The notes below the pieces were generated by a model, which was not told the origin of the DNA, ran no database searches, and saw only the letters and a list, made by a program, of their open reading frames with translations. Of a DNA stretch of 64,000 nt, positions 49,906-63,306 are shown piece after piece. Numbering within the stretch: the stretch's first letter is position 1; every line of letters begins with the position of its first letter. A program made the position numbers and the translations under genes. This stretch comes from Harriotta raleighana (Eukaryota): the NCBI GenBank assembly GCA_050575255.1, contig JBNZDD010013613.1, forward strand, positions 1,752,898-1,816,897, read 5' to 3'.

Positions 49906-50257
49906 GTTAAAATTAAATTGAAAGTTGAGACCCTAAGGGTTTGTGAGGGAAAAGTGGACATTTTCTTTTGAAAATTAAATTTAAAGTGTGCTGCTACTGC
50001 AAACTAATGTGTAATGGAAGGTTTGCAACTGTGAGTCATTCTAGCAAAAATGTGCACAGGAGAAAGTCATTAAATTAACTCAAAGCAGTAAATCAAAACA
50101 CTACACAGGACATGGAACTCAGAGCAGTTGATAAGTGAGGGAAAAAACGCTTCTGGATTAGGAATCTAGGAAGAGGAGGCCATTCAAACTATTCCGTTTT
50201 TTCTGACAGATTTTTAGATAATATCAAACATTTTAGTCAAATTTCCTGCCCTTTTAT

Positions 50258-50610
50258 GGAGTCCAGTAGCTCTGTGATCAGAGCACTTGGCTTATAAGTG
50301 GGTTGGATTCAATTCCAGCCAGGGTAAAACCTTGGGCAAGTTTCCTTACTCCACATGCTCACAACAACAACAAAATTGCATTTGTGTAGCGCCTTTCACA
50401 ACAATCCTAATAACAAATTGGTCATTTCAACCCTGTTTGTGATCACTGTTTGTGGGACAACTCCATGCGAAATTGGTTGCTACGTTTCGCCCACAACTAC
50501 ACAATCGATTCGCTTTACAGTATATTCTGTGAAGTGCTTTTGAGACATCTAGAAGACGTGAAAAGCGCTGTATCAAATGCAAGGATTTTTATTTTTTTAT
50601 TTTTTTATTT
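50258..50610 (+). mobile_element. Deu-domain SINE containing an antisense L2 tail (50361-50400)
   Basis: Head, TTGGGCAAGTTTCCTTACTCCAC, inserted ACAACAACAACAAAATTGCATTTGTGTAGCGCCTTTCAC, core, tail. Confidence 0.88.
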
Positions 50611-50929
50611 TCCCTGAACATGCTTACTTTCTAAATTCAGGGCAACCTTTTTAGAAATTCCCCAATTTCGTCCAATTTCTCGGAGCCCACCTTCTAGTGG
50701 ACATTAGAAAAAATATGTTGATTTCCAATCATCAGGTTGCTTCTGTGCATTACGAACAGAAAGTGACATCATCAGAGACCTGACAACCTAGAAGTCGGAC
50801 TTTCTTTGTACATAAAGCTGGCTAGTCAGTGTTGGAAGCTGAGTACTGTGATTTTGGTATAGTACACATCCATTGTACTTCCAGATTATAGATAAACCTG
50901 GAGCTGGTTTATCTACTGTAGCCATCTAG

Positions 50930-51360
50930 AAAAATATCCCAATTAAATCTGTTCTACAAAGTTCAGGGGAGGAGCTCCTCATTATCACAGCCATTGTGTG
51001 TGTGTAGAAATGTTTTGTGACCTCCCTCTAACTTTGGTCTAATTTCAAGACTTCCTCCACTTATCTGTATTCTTCTACCAGATTAAATAATCGTCCCCCA
51101 TCTAGCTTGTCATTTTCCCTCATTATTTTATATGATCTCAATCAAATCATCGCTTGAACCTCCTGACATATGGCCAATCATCACTAGATGATCTTCAAAG
51201 CCAATATATCCTTCCTATGATTGGGTGTCAAAAACTCAATACCCGGAATGAGTTCTGGCCAGCATTCCTTACAATTATGGAAGGATTTCCTTATTTTTAT
51301 GTTCCAAACCATTTGTATAAAACCCAGCAACGCATTAGCCTCTTCAATTGTTTTTTTTGC
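50930..51360 (-). mobile_element. old CR1 fragment
   Basis: EEANALLGFI...HRKDILAL motifs in ORF 51184-51372. Confidence 0.75.
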
Positions 51361-52235
51361 ACCTCCCAACATGAACGTATGTCATTTCACAAATGTAATT
51401 TGCTGTTGTTGCACCTGATCCATTTGCTTAAACAAAATGGAACATCTTTCTTTGACCTCAATGGCTGCTCAGAAATAAAGGCTGCCCGCTGGGATTTAAG
51501 AGAAAACCCAGGATGCAAAAGCTGTGGAATATTCTGCTTAGAGGAAGACAGAAAGAGGACATGTCACACTGCACTGTGTATTGGTTCAGTGATGAACATT
51601 CAACAATAATACTTTTCAGTATGCCTTCTTCGTGGAAACTGAGCGTCCGCAACTCAACCAAACAGGCATTGCAGCGATCTGACTATCCAGCTTTATTTAG
51701 GCTCCATTGGTTTTTAATAAGAAAAGAAAATATACAATGCAATGTCTTTAAGAGCAAGGCAGAAGGAATGTGAAGCTGACAACACGCCAAGCAGAGTGGT
51801 GAACACCCCTACACGAGCATGTTTCAAACAGTTGAACAACAAATCAATGGAACGAACCAACGTCAAAATATGGTGATTTTAAAAAAAAGAACACGTTGGC
51901 AATGAGAATTACAAAAATTGAAGCAATAAGGATAATAATTTAATGTATATAGTCAAAAAATTATAAGTTGCTTCCTGTATCATCCACTCGCAATAATCAC
52001 ATTAAACAGAGGTTTCAACATATTTAATGTTGGAATTTGTGAATTTATTGCAATAACCTTTTTAACTAACATTTATGGTTCATACATGGATGCATCTTAG
52101 TTAGACCAGGCCAATCAGACTCTGAGGCAGGCCAAGTCAGTCAATCAACACATTTATGTGTTAGTGTGAAGCAAGCCGTAGGCTCAAGTCTGTTAGTAAG
52201 CGTTCTTTAATGCAGAAGATCACAGAAACACAGTA

Positions 52236-52562
52236 CAGTACCCAACCAACTGGCATAATCACCCAGCCAGTATCTCCCAATTGTGTTGGTCTGCTCACTT
52301 TGCGCATACGCACTTATTCAACTTAACGCACGCTGGAATTTTTATTTTACCGATCCTCTTACCGAGTGTGCTGGAATGCTTTATCGGTAAGTATCCGTAC
52401 AATATTCTGTTAGCATTTAGTCTATTGTTAATATGGTTTGTTTTAAAATACGATCATTTTTTGTGTAGGATTTTCGGCATCTTGCCTCTCGAATATCCGG
52501 CATGTTTGATTAACCAGCACCGAGCCAGTCCTGAGGGTGCTGGATAAACAAGGGTTTTACTG
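52236..52562. mobile_element. Tigger/pogo-like MITE, left TIR mostly deleted
   Basis: Right end GGATAAACAAGGGTTTTACTG-TA; interior matches 27435-27814. Confidence 0.85.
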
Positions 52563-54365
52563 TAGCATGTCTACAGAATTGCTTCTAGCAGAAATTGTTA
52601 TCTTATACATAGTTGAAGGCCATCACTATGAAAACTGCCCCGTTTAGATTTTGTGGGGACAATGAGAAAAGTAAGATAGAAATCAGGAAAAATAGACAAA
52701 CACATGCACGTACAATACCAAGTAGGTAAGTCACGTTTGTAACTTATAGTCCAACCACTCGTGGATCTCTAACAAAACTTAATTCCTTTTAGAAGAAATG
52801 ATTCAACAGCAACTTGTATTTATATAGTGTAATTCACCCTGGATAGTATCGGAATATTTAGTATATTCAATATATTAATAGAAACTATATTATGATAGAA
52901 CATTAATATACAATAATATATTACATAAGTAAAACCTGCACCTAATACTGTGCATATTCCATTCCAGACATACAAAAAATTTCCATGCGTGGGCAGCATA
53001 AATATATGGTTATCGCATGTGTCAGATGCTCAGCTGATCAAATATATTTATTCATAAGAATCTATCAAGTTGATTGCAATCTTTTCACAAGGTCTTTAGA
53101 ATGAGATTTTGTTATTTCCTTCTGCTAGTTTTTCTCCTGAATTAGATCATTATCCCATCAAAGAACGCATTTTTTTCATCCCTCGATTTTAAAATGCAGC
53201 TGTACTGAAAATTTTAAATTCTAATATTTAATTAAACTCCAAACCAAAATCGTGTTCCTGTAGGTAGGTGATCTAAATAACCTAGCCTCAAAAAAAAAGT
53301 AGAGTGCATAGTGCATTCACTTTGAAATAGTCAAAGTATATTTAGTACAAAGTCACAGGTAAGGTCTGACATCATCAGATAAGGTTTCTATGGACACACA
53401 CAGCTCACCTCTGAGCAGGGCTGAACTGTTTGAAATTGGCATATCACACTCTATTTCAATAGGATATGGCAGATTAAGGTGGCTCAGGACTGATTAGAAT
53501 CAGGTCCCAAATTCACAGCTTATCCACGTGCTGAGACTACATTCAATCAAGTGACAGAATCAACAAGATGAGCTACGAACGGCAGCCTCAGAGCTAATTG
53601 CTTTGCACTCGTAAGCAATTGCTCAGCATCACCTTTGCAGACACCTTCAGTCCCAGCGCCTTGCCTTCAACGTGACCGCAGTCTGTGAATATTCCTTCTC
53701 CCCGAGGACATTGATGAACTTCCCCTGCTCCCAGTGACAATTCGCAGCTGTTGTTGCCTGGGCGTTGTGAACTGTGAGGCCTACTACTGGGTTATTAAAA
53801 CTGAAAATCTCTTATTTGCAGAGATTTAAATTCAAATGGACTCTCTGCAGATGCGCTGGAAAATCCTGAGGAAAATTCAGTATGTGAACGGACTTGTTAA
53901 GTTTTGAGATTCCGACCACCAATGTGTTTCATAAGATGAAGAATTTTACATACAGCATGCTTCTCTCCATGTAGTCAGCTGCACAACAAGCAAAATACCC
54001 CACTTAAACAGGGTCACACAACAATAACAAACCACATTTAATAGCGTCTTTCACTTCAGGAGGATCAGGGATCCACACTACACACACCCCTCTGTAAGGC
54101 CACACAAACGCATTGTTAGTGAAGGATGCAATTGCCTAACCGCGACTTGATGTAGGTTGTGGTTGGCGTATCTAAATGGAAACTGCTTCGTATAAAAGTA
54201 GAGAAATGTCACAGCAATGTGGGCTAGACTGTACAGTGATGAAACAAACACAAATGCCCTTCCCAGTGANCTGCTTCGTATAAAAGTAGAGAAATGTCAC
54301 AGCAATGTGGGCTAGACTGTGCAGTGATGAAACAAACACAAATGCCCTTCCCAACACACACACTA

Positions 54366-54686
54366 GTAATAATAATAATCCCGGCATGTGATACAGCACG
54401 TTTCACATCTTGTAACCGTCTCAAAGCGCTTCACAGAATATATTGTAAAGTGACATTTCTGTCACAAATGACTGTATTATATGTGGGCGAAACTCGGCAG
54501 CCAATTGTGCACAGCAGTGTCCCACAAACAGTCGTGGATTCAAATGATTGATTGAATACAATATAGTTTTATTTTTGAGGGATTATTATTAGGTGTGTGG
54601 AGTTAGGAAACTTACCCATGGTTTCGCCCTGCCTGGAATTGAACCCTCTCACCTGTAAGGCGAGTGCTCTAACCACTGAGCTACAG
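54366..54686 (-). mobile_element. Deu-domain SINE, full length
   Basis: Reverse TGTAGCTCAGTGGTTAGAGCACTCGCC head, core, (TTA)n tail. Confidence 0.92.
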
Positions 54687-55827
54687 CACACACGGGGACA
54701 CACACTTGCCTCAGAAGCACGGAAAGAAGCTTGGTGTGTCATTCTATGAATTACCATGCAAATGCTGTCAATGATTTCCAAAATGCCCCTCAACAGAATG
54801 TGAATTGGAAATCTGAAAATAAATGCAGAAACATAAACATTTCTGATGAAGGGAAACCAACCAAAATATTACCCTCCCGGTTTCTTTCAGACGCTGATCT
54901 GCTTACTGTTACTGAAAAATATTACAAGAGCATCATACCCCACTCTCTGTAACTTTCCCCAAATCCCTTTGCCTTTCAGCCTTCTCTCCCTGCCATCAAA
55001 ACCCTCTTAAAAGCATATTGCATGTTTTGCCCTCAAAGTATACAATCAATTCACTTTACAGTATATTGTGCGAAGCGCTTTTAGATGTCTCGAAGATATG
55101 ATACAGCGCCCTATCAAGTGGAAGGATTATTATTATCATTATTATCTCTCCTTGCCCTTTGGGCAGAAATGTCAAATTCCTTTCCTCTGTGCTTGGTGAT
55201 TCCTGTTGTAAAATGCTTCGAAATGCTCATCCTGTGTGAAAGGTCATCCCTTTCCACCATTAAGACTCTAACCCCCATGAAGGCGGAATACAAATGCATT
55301 CTGTTTCTGTTGTTGTTTTGGACATTGCTTATTGCAGTAAAGGACAATCAAATTAACATGAACAATCGAATCACAAAGACGCTATAACAGTACAAACAAT
55401 TTAGCAATCTGAGTGAAAACAAGACAAGCTAGACAAGATCCATCTGTATAAGCTGCAGGTACGTTTGAGGGGAAACCAAGTTACACAGAAATAGACTGAC
55501 ACGCGGTGACTGACAGCAAAATAAGCAGCATTCTGACCCAATAGTTGTAGGATACAAACCCAGCAGAGGGAATGTTGGTGTGTGCAGTCACACAAGTGAG
55601 TGGTTTGTCAGCCCTCCATTGGTAACTTAGTTGAGTGGACCCTGTAGGTATTAATCTGTCAAGGCTTGCTCGGAACCAGTCAATGCTGCGACTACTCATG
55701 GAGATTCAAAGTGACGCACCAGCACAAACTAACTGTCTATGAATTCATGACAAATAATATGCGCTAGATACCAGAGGCTGTGCTAACGATTTCTCCTCTT
55801 TATCCAATCATTGGGACAGTGATTGTG

Positions 55828-56545
55828 GGGGCCAGGAATAGTTGCGGCATATTGGTTAGGGCACACACCTTGCCAGCAAGAAGACCTGGGTTCCATCACC
55901 GAGTAGGGTGAAATGTTAGGCNCGACTACTCATGGAGATTCAAAGTGACGCACCAGCACAAACTAACTGTCTATGAATTCATGACAAATAATATGCGCTA
56001 GATACCAGAGGCTGTGCTAACGATTTCTCCTCTTTATCCAATCATTGGGACAGTGATTGTGGGGGCCAGGAATAGTTGCGGCATATTGGTTAGGGCACAC
56101 ACCTTGCCAGCAAGAAGACCTGGGTTCCATCACCGAGTAGGGTGAAATGTTAGGCAAGTTTCCTTATTACACACTGTTATTATTTACATGGAATAAGGAG
56201 GAACCTNCAAGTTTCCTTATTACACACTGTTATTATTTACATGGAATAAGGAGGAACTTGATTGGCAGATTGCATTTCCAGGAGTAATAATGCCTTTAAA
56301 AATATATAAATAATAATTTGGTCACTCAATCCACCCACAATTTAAGGAACACTGCTGTATGGCGTTGGCTATCTCATTTCTCCCATAAAATATACAGGCA
56401 ATTCACTTTACAGTATATTCTGTGAAATGCTTGAGATGTCTAGAAGACAAGATAAGGAGCTACAAGGCAGTAGACATGAAAAGCGCTATATAAAATACAA
56501 GGATTAATATTATCATATAGAAATGCAAGGATTATTATTATAATA
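55828..56545 (+). mobile_element. long-form Deu SINE with junction duplications
   Basis: Head GACCTGGGTTCCATC, TAGGCAAGTTTCCTTA, extra GGAAC...GATTGGCAG segment, tail; N at 55922 and 56207. Confidence 0.75.
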
Positions 56546-57039
56546 GGACCAAGAACTCATATCAAAATAAACAGAATATTAACCTCACCCCATAAACATA
56601 CATATCAGCACTGCAATCTGTGGCTGTTGCTGGATTCAACATGAGATTAAACAATGTCTAAAATATTCAGAAACTCAAGTAACAATGCACAATAGTTAGT
56701 GAGCTACACACCGAGGTCTGAGAACTAGTTTTAGATGCATTCCGTCTCCAGAGCATAAGAGACTATTCGGGTGCCCCAGGCTGTGTGCTGTAGAACAAAA
56801 TAGATGGTCCCCAGTACTCGAGGAATGAGGAACAATAAGTTAAGATAGGCCTCCTCAGCCGAGAAAGCATATGTCTCAATGAGGTTCTTATAAAGATATA
56901 ACAGATGCTTACAAGCATAGAGGACACAAACCAGGAACGATACTTTTAGATATAACAAAAAACAACGTATATTTACGCAGCTACCTACACACAGATAACA
57001 TCTCGGAGCTCTTAACGTGGCTTGACGCCAAACTAAATG

Positions 57040-57179
57040 TGGGGGTGGAGGGAGGTGATCAAAGCCACAGTCGAAGAGGAAAGAGGAGCAAAAATGGAAG
57101 AATTGAGACAAGGAGTTCCACAGAGTCGGTGCATAGTGGCTGAAGGTNGGTGCATAATGGCTGAAGGTACTGCATCGAT

Positions 57180-57218
<39 letters not shown>

Positions 57219-57300
57219 CCTTGCATTGAGGATTGAGCATCCTTCCAATTGTGGAGCGGTGGAGATGAATAATGTGTAGCAGACCCAGCAGAAGGAAAGT
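57040..57300 (-). mobile_element. L2 fragment interrupted by a SINE tail with (TAA)n
   Basis: FSHYAPTLWNSL motif; (TAA)n at 57180-57217. Confidence 0.8.
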
Positions 57301-57334
57301 TGTGGGTAGAAAAGCGGGATGTGTGCAGATCGGA

Positions 57335-57842
57335 TAGGAATGGGGAACCTTAGCTATGAGGACAGGCTGGAGAAGTTAGGACTTTTCCCATTAGAGCAGA
57401 GAAGGTTACGCGGGGACCTGATAGAGGTCTTCAAGATCATGAAAGGTTTCGACAGGCTGGATAGGGAAAAGCTGTTTCCGCTGGTAGGTGTGTCTGTGAC
57501 CCAAGGTTACAGTCTTAAGATATCTACCAAAAGAAGCAGAGGGGAGGTTAGAATAAATGTTTTCACTCAGAGAGTTGTTCGAATTTGGAATGATCTGCCT
57601 GAAAGGGTAGTGAGGTCCGATTCGATAGCAGCTTTTAAGAGAGAACTGGATAGGTATCTGGGGAAGANNNNNNNNNNNNNNNNNNNNNNNNNNNNNNNNN
57701 NNNNNNNNNNNNNNNNNNNNNNNNNNNNNNNNNNNNNNNNNNNNNNNNNNNNNNNNNNNNNNNNNNNNNNNNNNNNNNNNNNNNNNNNNNNNNNNNNNNN
57801 NNNNNNNNNNNNNNNNNNNNNNNGTAACATTCTATGATTCTA
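57335..57842 (+). mobile_element. CR1 LINE 3' fragment spanning an assembly gap (N 57668-57823)
   Basis: LSYEDRLEKLGLFPLEQRRLRGDLIEVFKIMKG...IWNDLP; ATTCTATGATTCT tail after the gap. Confidence 0.95.
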
Positions 57843-57874
57843 ATACCCAAGACAAGAAATCACAGATTAAGAGC

Positions 57875-58122
57875 TTTCCATCCCTCAGTCCCTTCACCTT
57901 GCTACCCTCCCCTGCCTCTTTCAAGGAACGTCTCAAGACCCACCTCTTCAACCACGCCTTCAGCCACCTTCCTATCCCTACCCATCCTGCCCTCCACCCA
58001 TCCTGCCCTCCACCCCTCCCCATTCCAACCCCCTGCTTGGGTCCAAATCCCTCACTGTCCAGCGCCTTGGGACATCCTCCTGATCTAAACAAATTTAATT
58101 TGTTGTTGGTGTTGTTGTTGTG
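57875..58122 (+). mobile_element. L2 3' end
   Basis: SFKERLKTHLF, stem-loop, TTG tail. Confidence 0.9.
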
Positions 58123-58933
58123 TGGACTACAATCTCAGGATAGGTATCAGAAACACTGTATTTCTTTACACAGAGAGTATTCCATGGTTGAGGTCAGGGT
58201 ACTCAATCAGATAGTGAAACCTAGAACTGCAACCTTCTCTCAGGACGACTCAGCACTTTTAGAGGATGAAAAAAAACTGGAGGGAAAATAGATTGCAATC
58301 AGTCACTTACTGATCCATTACATACATTGAAAACCTGTCTAGCATATGGCCATGGGGCTATTTGTTGGAAGTAAAGCAATAGTAAAGCAATCATAAAGGA
58401 AAAGAGCTGAATCACCAAATTGTTATTCCATTCAGAGTGTCTCTCTATCCCTCAGTGTGCAGAGAGTCTGACCGCTCAGTGCAGAAATTGTTTGATGTAA
58501 CTATCACAGAGCTTCTGAAATACATTTGTTCAAAGACATTTTTGCATAAAATTCTTCTACTGGGATTCTCTCATGTAGTTGGCTTTCAGTCACTCAGAAG
58601 TTCAAGAGTAATATCCCTCACCTCATCTTTAAATGGTTCAGGCTTCCCCATCTTAACCAATGCAATCAACAGACCTAGATTCCAGTCCATATCCTTTGCT
58701 CTTCTACCTATGTTCCCACTGTACCAGCGTTGGCCAAGGCCAGCCTAATCTCTGGAGCTCTCTTCCTAAACTTCAATGATGATACCCACAAACTCAGGCA
58801 GGAACAACTGATTTGACTGCAATTATCAGGCAATGTAATAAATTGCCTACAATACAAAGTCACTACGCTTCATAGATAGCTGATGAGGACTCACTGAGTT
58901 TTGGGGCAACAGCTGCTGGAAGGCATTAGCTGG

Positions 58934-59057
58934 CAAGCTCTGCGGTTTTAGCTGGTTAGACTCCAGTAATACCACAACACACACTTTGGGGTCCCCAAGC
59001 CTTGGCTCTCGCCAACCTGCGCCTAATCATTTCTGGAATTAGGCAAGTGGGATGCGG
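58934..59057 (+). repeat. unclassified dispersed repeat, copy 2
   Basis: Matches 2537-2663. Confidence 0.8.
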
Positions 59058-59554
59058 GAGTGGGTGGATGAATGGAGATCTCAGCTTGGTTTGGATGGAC
59101 TCCAACACGATGATGAGTTTTGGCATTTGTCGGATACCTGGCTGAACCCCCCCCACCCACCCACAAAGAATTTACTGTAAAATTCTGCGCTGGAATGTAC
59201 ATCAAATGCAAGGATGACTTTGGTTGAGGTATTTTTCACCAAGGTAAGTTTAATCAACAAATATCAACCCTGTATAGGTGGGGTGCATGGAATTCTCAGT
59301 TTGGTTTGGATTCACAAGCCTGGTGATGGGCATCAAAAAATAAATGACTTCACTTCTCATTCAATATCTGTTCACTTATATACACAAATATACAACCAAT
59401 TCACTTCACAGTACTGTATACCCTGGGCCTAGAAGATGTGAACAGCGCTATATCAAATACAAGGATTATTATTATTATTCTTTTCCTATCAGCTGACTTG
59501 CTAAACGGTACAGTTTTGATACCAATGTTACTTATTTTTTTCTCAAATGCTATA

Positions 59555-59798
59555 CAGATATCCCCCGATTTATGACAGGGTTGCGTTCCTGAAAAATGTC
59601 ACGCAAATCGAAACGTTGTAAATCAAAACCCGGTTTTCCATGAGGTCCCACTAAATACACTGTGTACTGCGCATGCGCAAAAAAGATGTCGTTTATCGAT
59701 AATGTCGTTTTATTTTGTCGATAAAAAGGTGTGAAAACAATTATGTGCCTTAAGTCGAAACAGTGTAAATAGAAATGTTGTAAATCGGGGGATACCTA
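59555..59798. mobile_element. second Tigger-like MITE family
   Basis: TA-CAGATATCCCCCGATTTATGAC ... GTTGTAAATCGGGGGATACCTA-TA; subterminal GTAAATCGAAA-like repeats. Confidence 0.85.
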
Positions 59799-60149
59799 TA
59801 CGATATTGTAGACCTACAGCATGATTTAATGTTACAAGCAGCATGGGAGACCCTGCAAATATATTTCCATTCTACACTTAACTCAAAACACGTTGATGCT
59901 AAGTGTTACGAATGATTGTCAACTTGTCCTTTTGGCTCAGAAGCTCAAATGGCAGAACACATGTGCACTGATACTGAACACTGCCACAGCAACGTATTAT
60001 TCTTCGCTCAAGCTTCTGAATATACAAATCGCCCTCTGTTGAATGGAAAATGATGTGACACCTTTTCAACCATGTTGTCATGAACCCACACCATCCTCCC
60101 TTCCCCAAAACACTATTTCTTCCTCTAAACCTCTATCAATCATCTAATT

Positions 60150-60535
60150 CAGTGGTTTCCAACCTCGGGTCCCGACCAAAATCAGGGTCGCGGGGGTCCT
60201 CAGACGACGTCGCGAAGGGTCATCAGAATTTATTTTTCCTTTTTTTTAATGCTGAAAATGTTTTATTTAACGCTAAAAAAAGCTTTGAACGCTAAAAAAA
60301 AAATTGCGACACCCGCCGACCAATTTGTGTAAAGAGCGTACTTACAAGTTGCGCTGAGCCCACAAAATAGACGGAGATAACGTTTTGGCTGAGCTGTGCT
60401 TCAGTAGGGATATCGCCCCCTAGTGATGGGAGGGCCTGTTGGAAGCTAATTTGGGTCACAGCAAAAAAAGTTTGGGTCGCGAGGAGCTGCCGGTGGTTAA
60501 TTTGGGTCTCAGCAAAAAAAGTTTGGGAACCACTG
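60150..60535. mobile_element. hAT-Charlie-type MITE
   Basis: TIR CAGTGGTTTCCAACCT / AGTTTGGGAACCACTG; 8-bp flanks ATCTAATT and CTCTAATC (6/8 identical, central TA). Confidence 0.9.
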
Positions 60536-61119
60536 CTCTAATCATTGAGACATGTTTGCAAGAGCAGTCAGACAGGATCAGGCTTCCTTCCGCTTTATCT
60601 GGGTTGTTTGCAGGGAAGCACCTGGTCTCTGTTTGGTCTCTGCCGCCTGCTGACTGCATTAAACAATAATCAAAAAGGATATCAGAGCAAGGCAGACCAG
60701 AACCTAGTGTGTGTGTGTGTGTTTTTTGATAATTTCTCCACAAAATATTTCTGAGGCAATATCGTATCATGTGAATAGCTTGTTCCTCGGATCATACCAT
60801 TCCGATTCTAATAATAATAATCTTTGCATTTGATGCAGCATATTTCATACTGGAAGGGCATCTGAAATCATTCGCAAGATTTACTGTGAAGTGTAAGCGA
60901 CTAAACTATAATTTGTAGATGAACATATTGCAAAGATTCTGCTGACCTATTGCAAAGATTCTGTTGGTCTAAAGCATGGTGTTCCTTACGAGAGTCGTAA
61001 ATAATGACTTAAAATATTGCATTTAAAACCCATAGTAACAATTTCACGTTCAGGTTCACATTCAAGGTACTACACCTGAAATGTGAGTTTATTTTTCTCT
61101 TTGAAGTGATGATTCACCT

Positions 61120-61298
61120 ACAGCAAATTTTCCAGCATTCCCAGATTTTCAATCTCAACTTCAAAGCTGGTGAATGCTTAAAAAGACCTTGCAGAAAAAC
61201 AGCTTCAACATTAAGGCTGTATTTAAGAATTTTCCCAAATCTGGATGCTCTAAAATGTTGCATAAACAGAGTAAATCTAGACCTGGGTGCAATTTCGC
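61120..61298. mobile_element. palindromic MITE-like element, right arm
   Basis: CTGGATGCTCTAAAATGTTGCAT...AAATCTAGACCTGGGTGCAATTTC matches 5387-5445 and 34121-34176. Confidence 0.65.
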
Positions 61299-61840
61299 TG
61301 TGAATTAACTTTTTTTTCTTAAAAAAAAACATAAACCTTGAAACCCATTAGAAAGGCAGACTGGGCGCATCAAATAAAGGCTCCAAATATTCAAACAAGT
61401 TATTAAAAATGTCACCCCTTTCATTTGATAACACAGAACTAAGAAGGTTTGGCAAGTGCTCTTGTAAGGCAATTCTAAATGGAGCTTTTCAGAGTTATGA
61501 TTAGAAAACACTTAGCGCATGAAGCATTGCACAAACTAAGTGACAGAATATATCTACGTGACGATGTTAAGAAATTGCCTATGAATACATGTGTGGATAA
61601 TTTGAACACGACCGTTCATAACACATTTTATTCACTTTTGAATGATCACAACAGTGGAGCCCACTTAACATCTCATCATTCTGTAATTATTCCTAACATT
61701 CATTAATCAGCCATCAGTACAGCTTTCCACACAGCACAAATATGTTTATAAAAGCATTCTATTCCTTTGAGAAATACCAGGCAGCACTCATTATTTCAGA
61801 TTAAGTTCAACTCTGATTCTTAACCAATGGAAGAAAATAA

Positions 61841-62000
61841 TATTACAGTACTACACACAGAAACCACAGACAACAACAGACATACATAATAATATTACTA
61901 CACACAGAAACCACAGCAAACACAGACACATACACAGCAATATTACTATACACAGAAACCACAGATACAAATACATACACACACAGAATAGAACTACATA
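61841..62000. repeat. degenerate tandem repeat, unit about 48-51 bp
   Basis: TACTACACACAGAAACCACAG recurs three times with CA-rich spacers. Confidence 0.85.
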
Positions 62001-63306
62001 TCTCTACATATTGATCAAGGTAAATACTGTACCAAGCTCTGGACAAACTTCCAGGTAATGCCTTATAATAGCTCATGCAAATGTACGTGTGTATGTGCAC
62101 GTGTGTGCGTGCGCAAGCACACACGTCTCTATGTAAATATAAATACATATATCTACCCCACGTATACACATAGCAAATCTTTGTATGTTCGATGTTCCAC
62201 ATTTCGTAACCTGCTTCCTATACATGATAAAACTGGGATAGGCAGGATAGAAAATGATTATCTGGGAAGTAACCTGATTGTAGGAGGGTGAAAATGAGTG
62301 GAGGAGACAGTGGTATGGGAACTGGGTGTGAAGCCTGGGACCATGTGCATTAAGCAGTACTCAGCAGACTCCAAACGGGTTTGGATCTCAGCGCAAGGTC
62401 TGAGCTGGACCTTAGCCAATTCACAGACCAAGTGCATTTGCTAATTCAAATAGTTAAATAACCTCATAGCATGTCAGTTTCAGCAAACTTAGCCTTAAAC
62501 CCAACATCTTTTAGGAACACTGAATGAGCTCTACATCGAACAGCTACAAAAAAAGAGTATTAGTGTTACAAACTCTTCTCAGCACACTGACCAATGCTAT
62601 AATCAGATTGTGTTGGAGTTCAGGTTTAGCACACAATGTCCGGTTGGATCCCAACTCCACTCCTCAATATGAACCAAACTACAGCCACGGCAGATGATGT
62701 GTCTTGTGGAGATCCTTCCGATATGATTTCTTTCCACCGCACAACTGAAATGACCATTTAGTAGAATTATAACATCACCCTGTGGACAGTCCTGCAAGCG
62801 CAAACGTACAACCAGACTGTGGAGGCCTCCTGCCAGTATTCAAAACACTATAGTGGTTGTGTCTGCTTTTAAAATAACTGAATGCAATTTGTTTTTAATA
62901 GTTTAAGGCTGGGGAAATGGGAGAATGAACAATGCAATGATATCACCACTTTGCAGCAACCCAAGAAGGGGATGTACAAAAAAACTTAAGCTGCAAGTCA
63001 CAGGGTAGTCATGGCACTCACAAGATTGTGCTGGGCTTCAGTAAATCAATGCCCCCAAATCATACAGTAATCATTCCTGCAGTTCCACACAAAGTAGGAT
63101 CCTAATCTGAGCATTAGTGTTGGGAATGTGAGCAGGGATCAAGGAGGGGTAATGAAAAGTCAAAAGTCAGGGAGTTCAGAGCTCTCTGAGACACTCTCTC
63201 TCCGGCGTGGAGAGCGCTATATAAACCAAGTTGTTGTTATTCCTGTGCAAACCCCACCTACTGTTGTACATCCCACATTAATGTGCTGGAATGCAGCCTG
63301 ACATTA

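Noticed and set aside
55688-56156. Tandem duplication of about 234 bp
   Set aside because: Near-identical copies joined by a single N; assembly overlap
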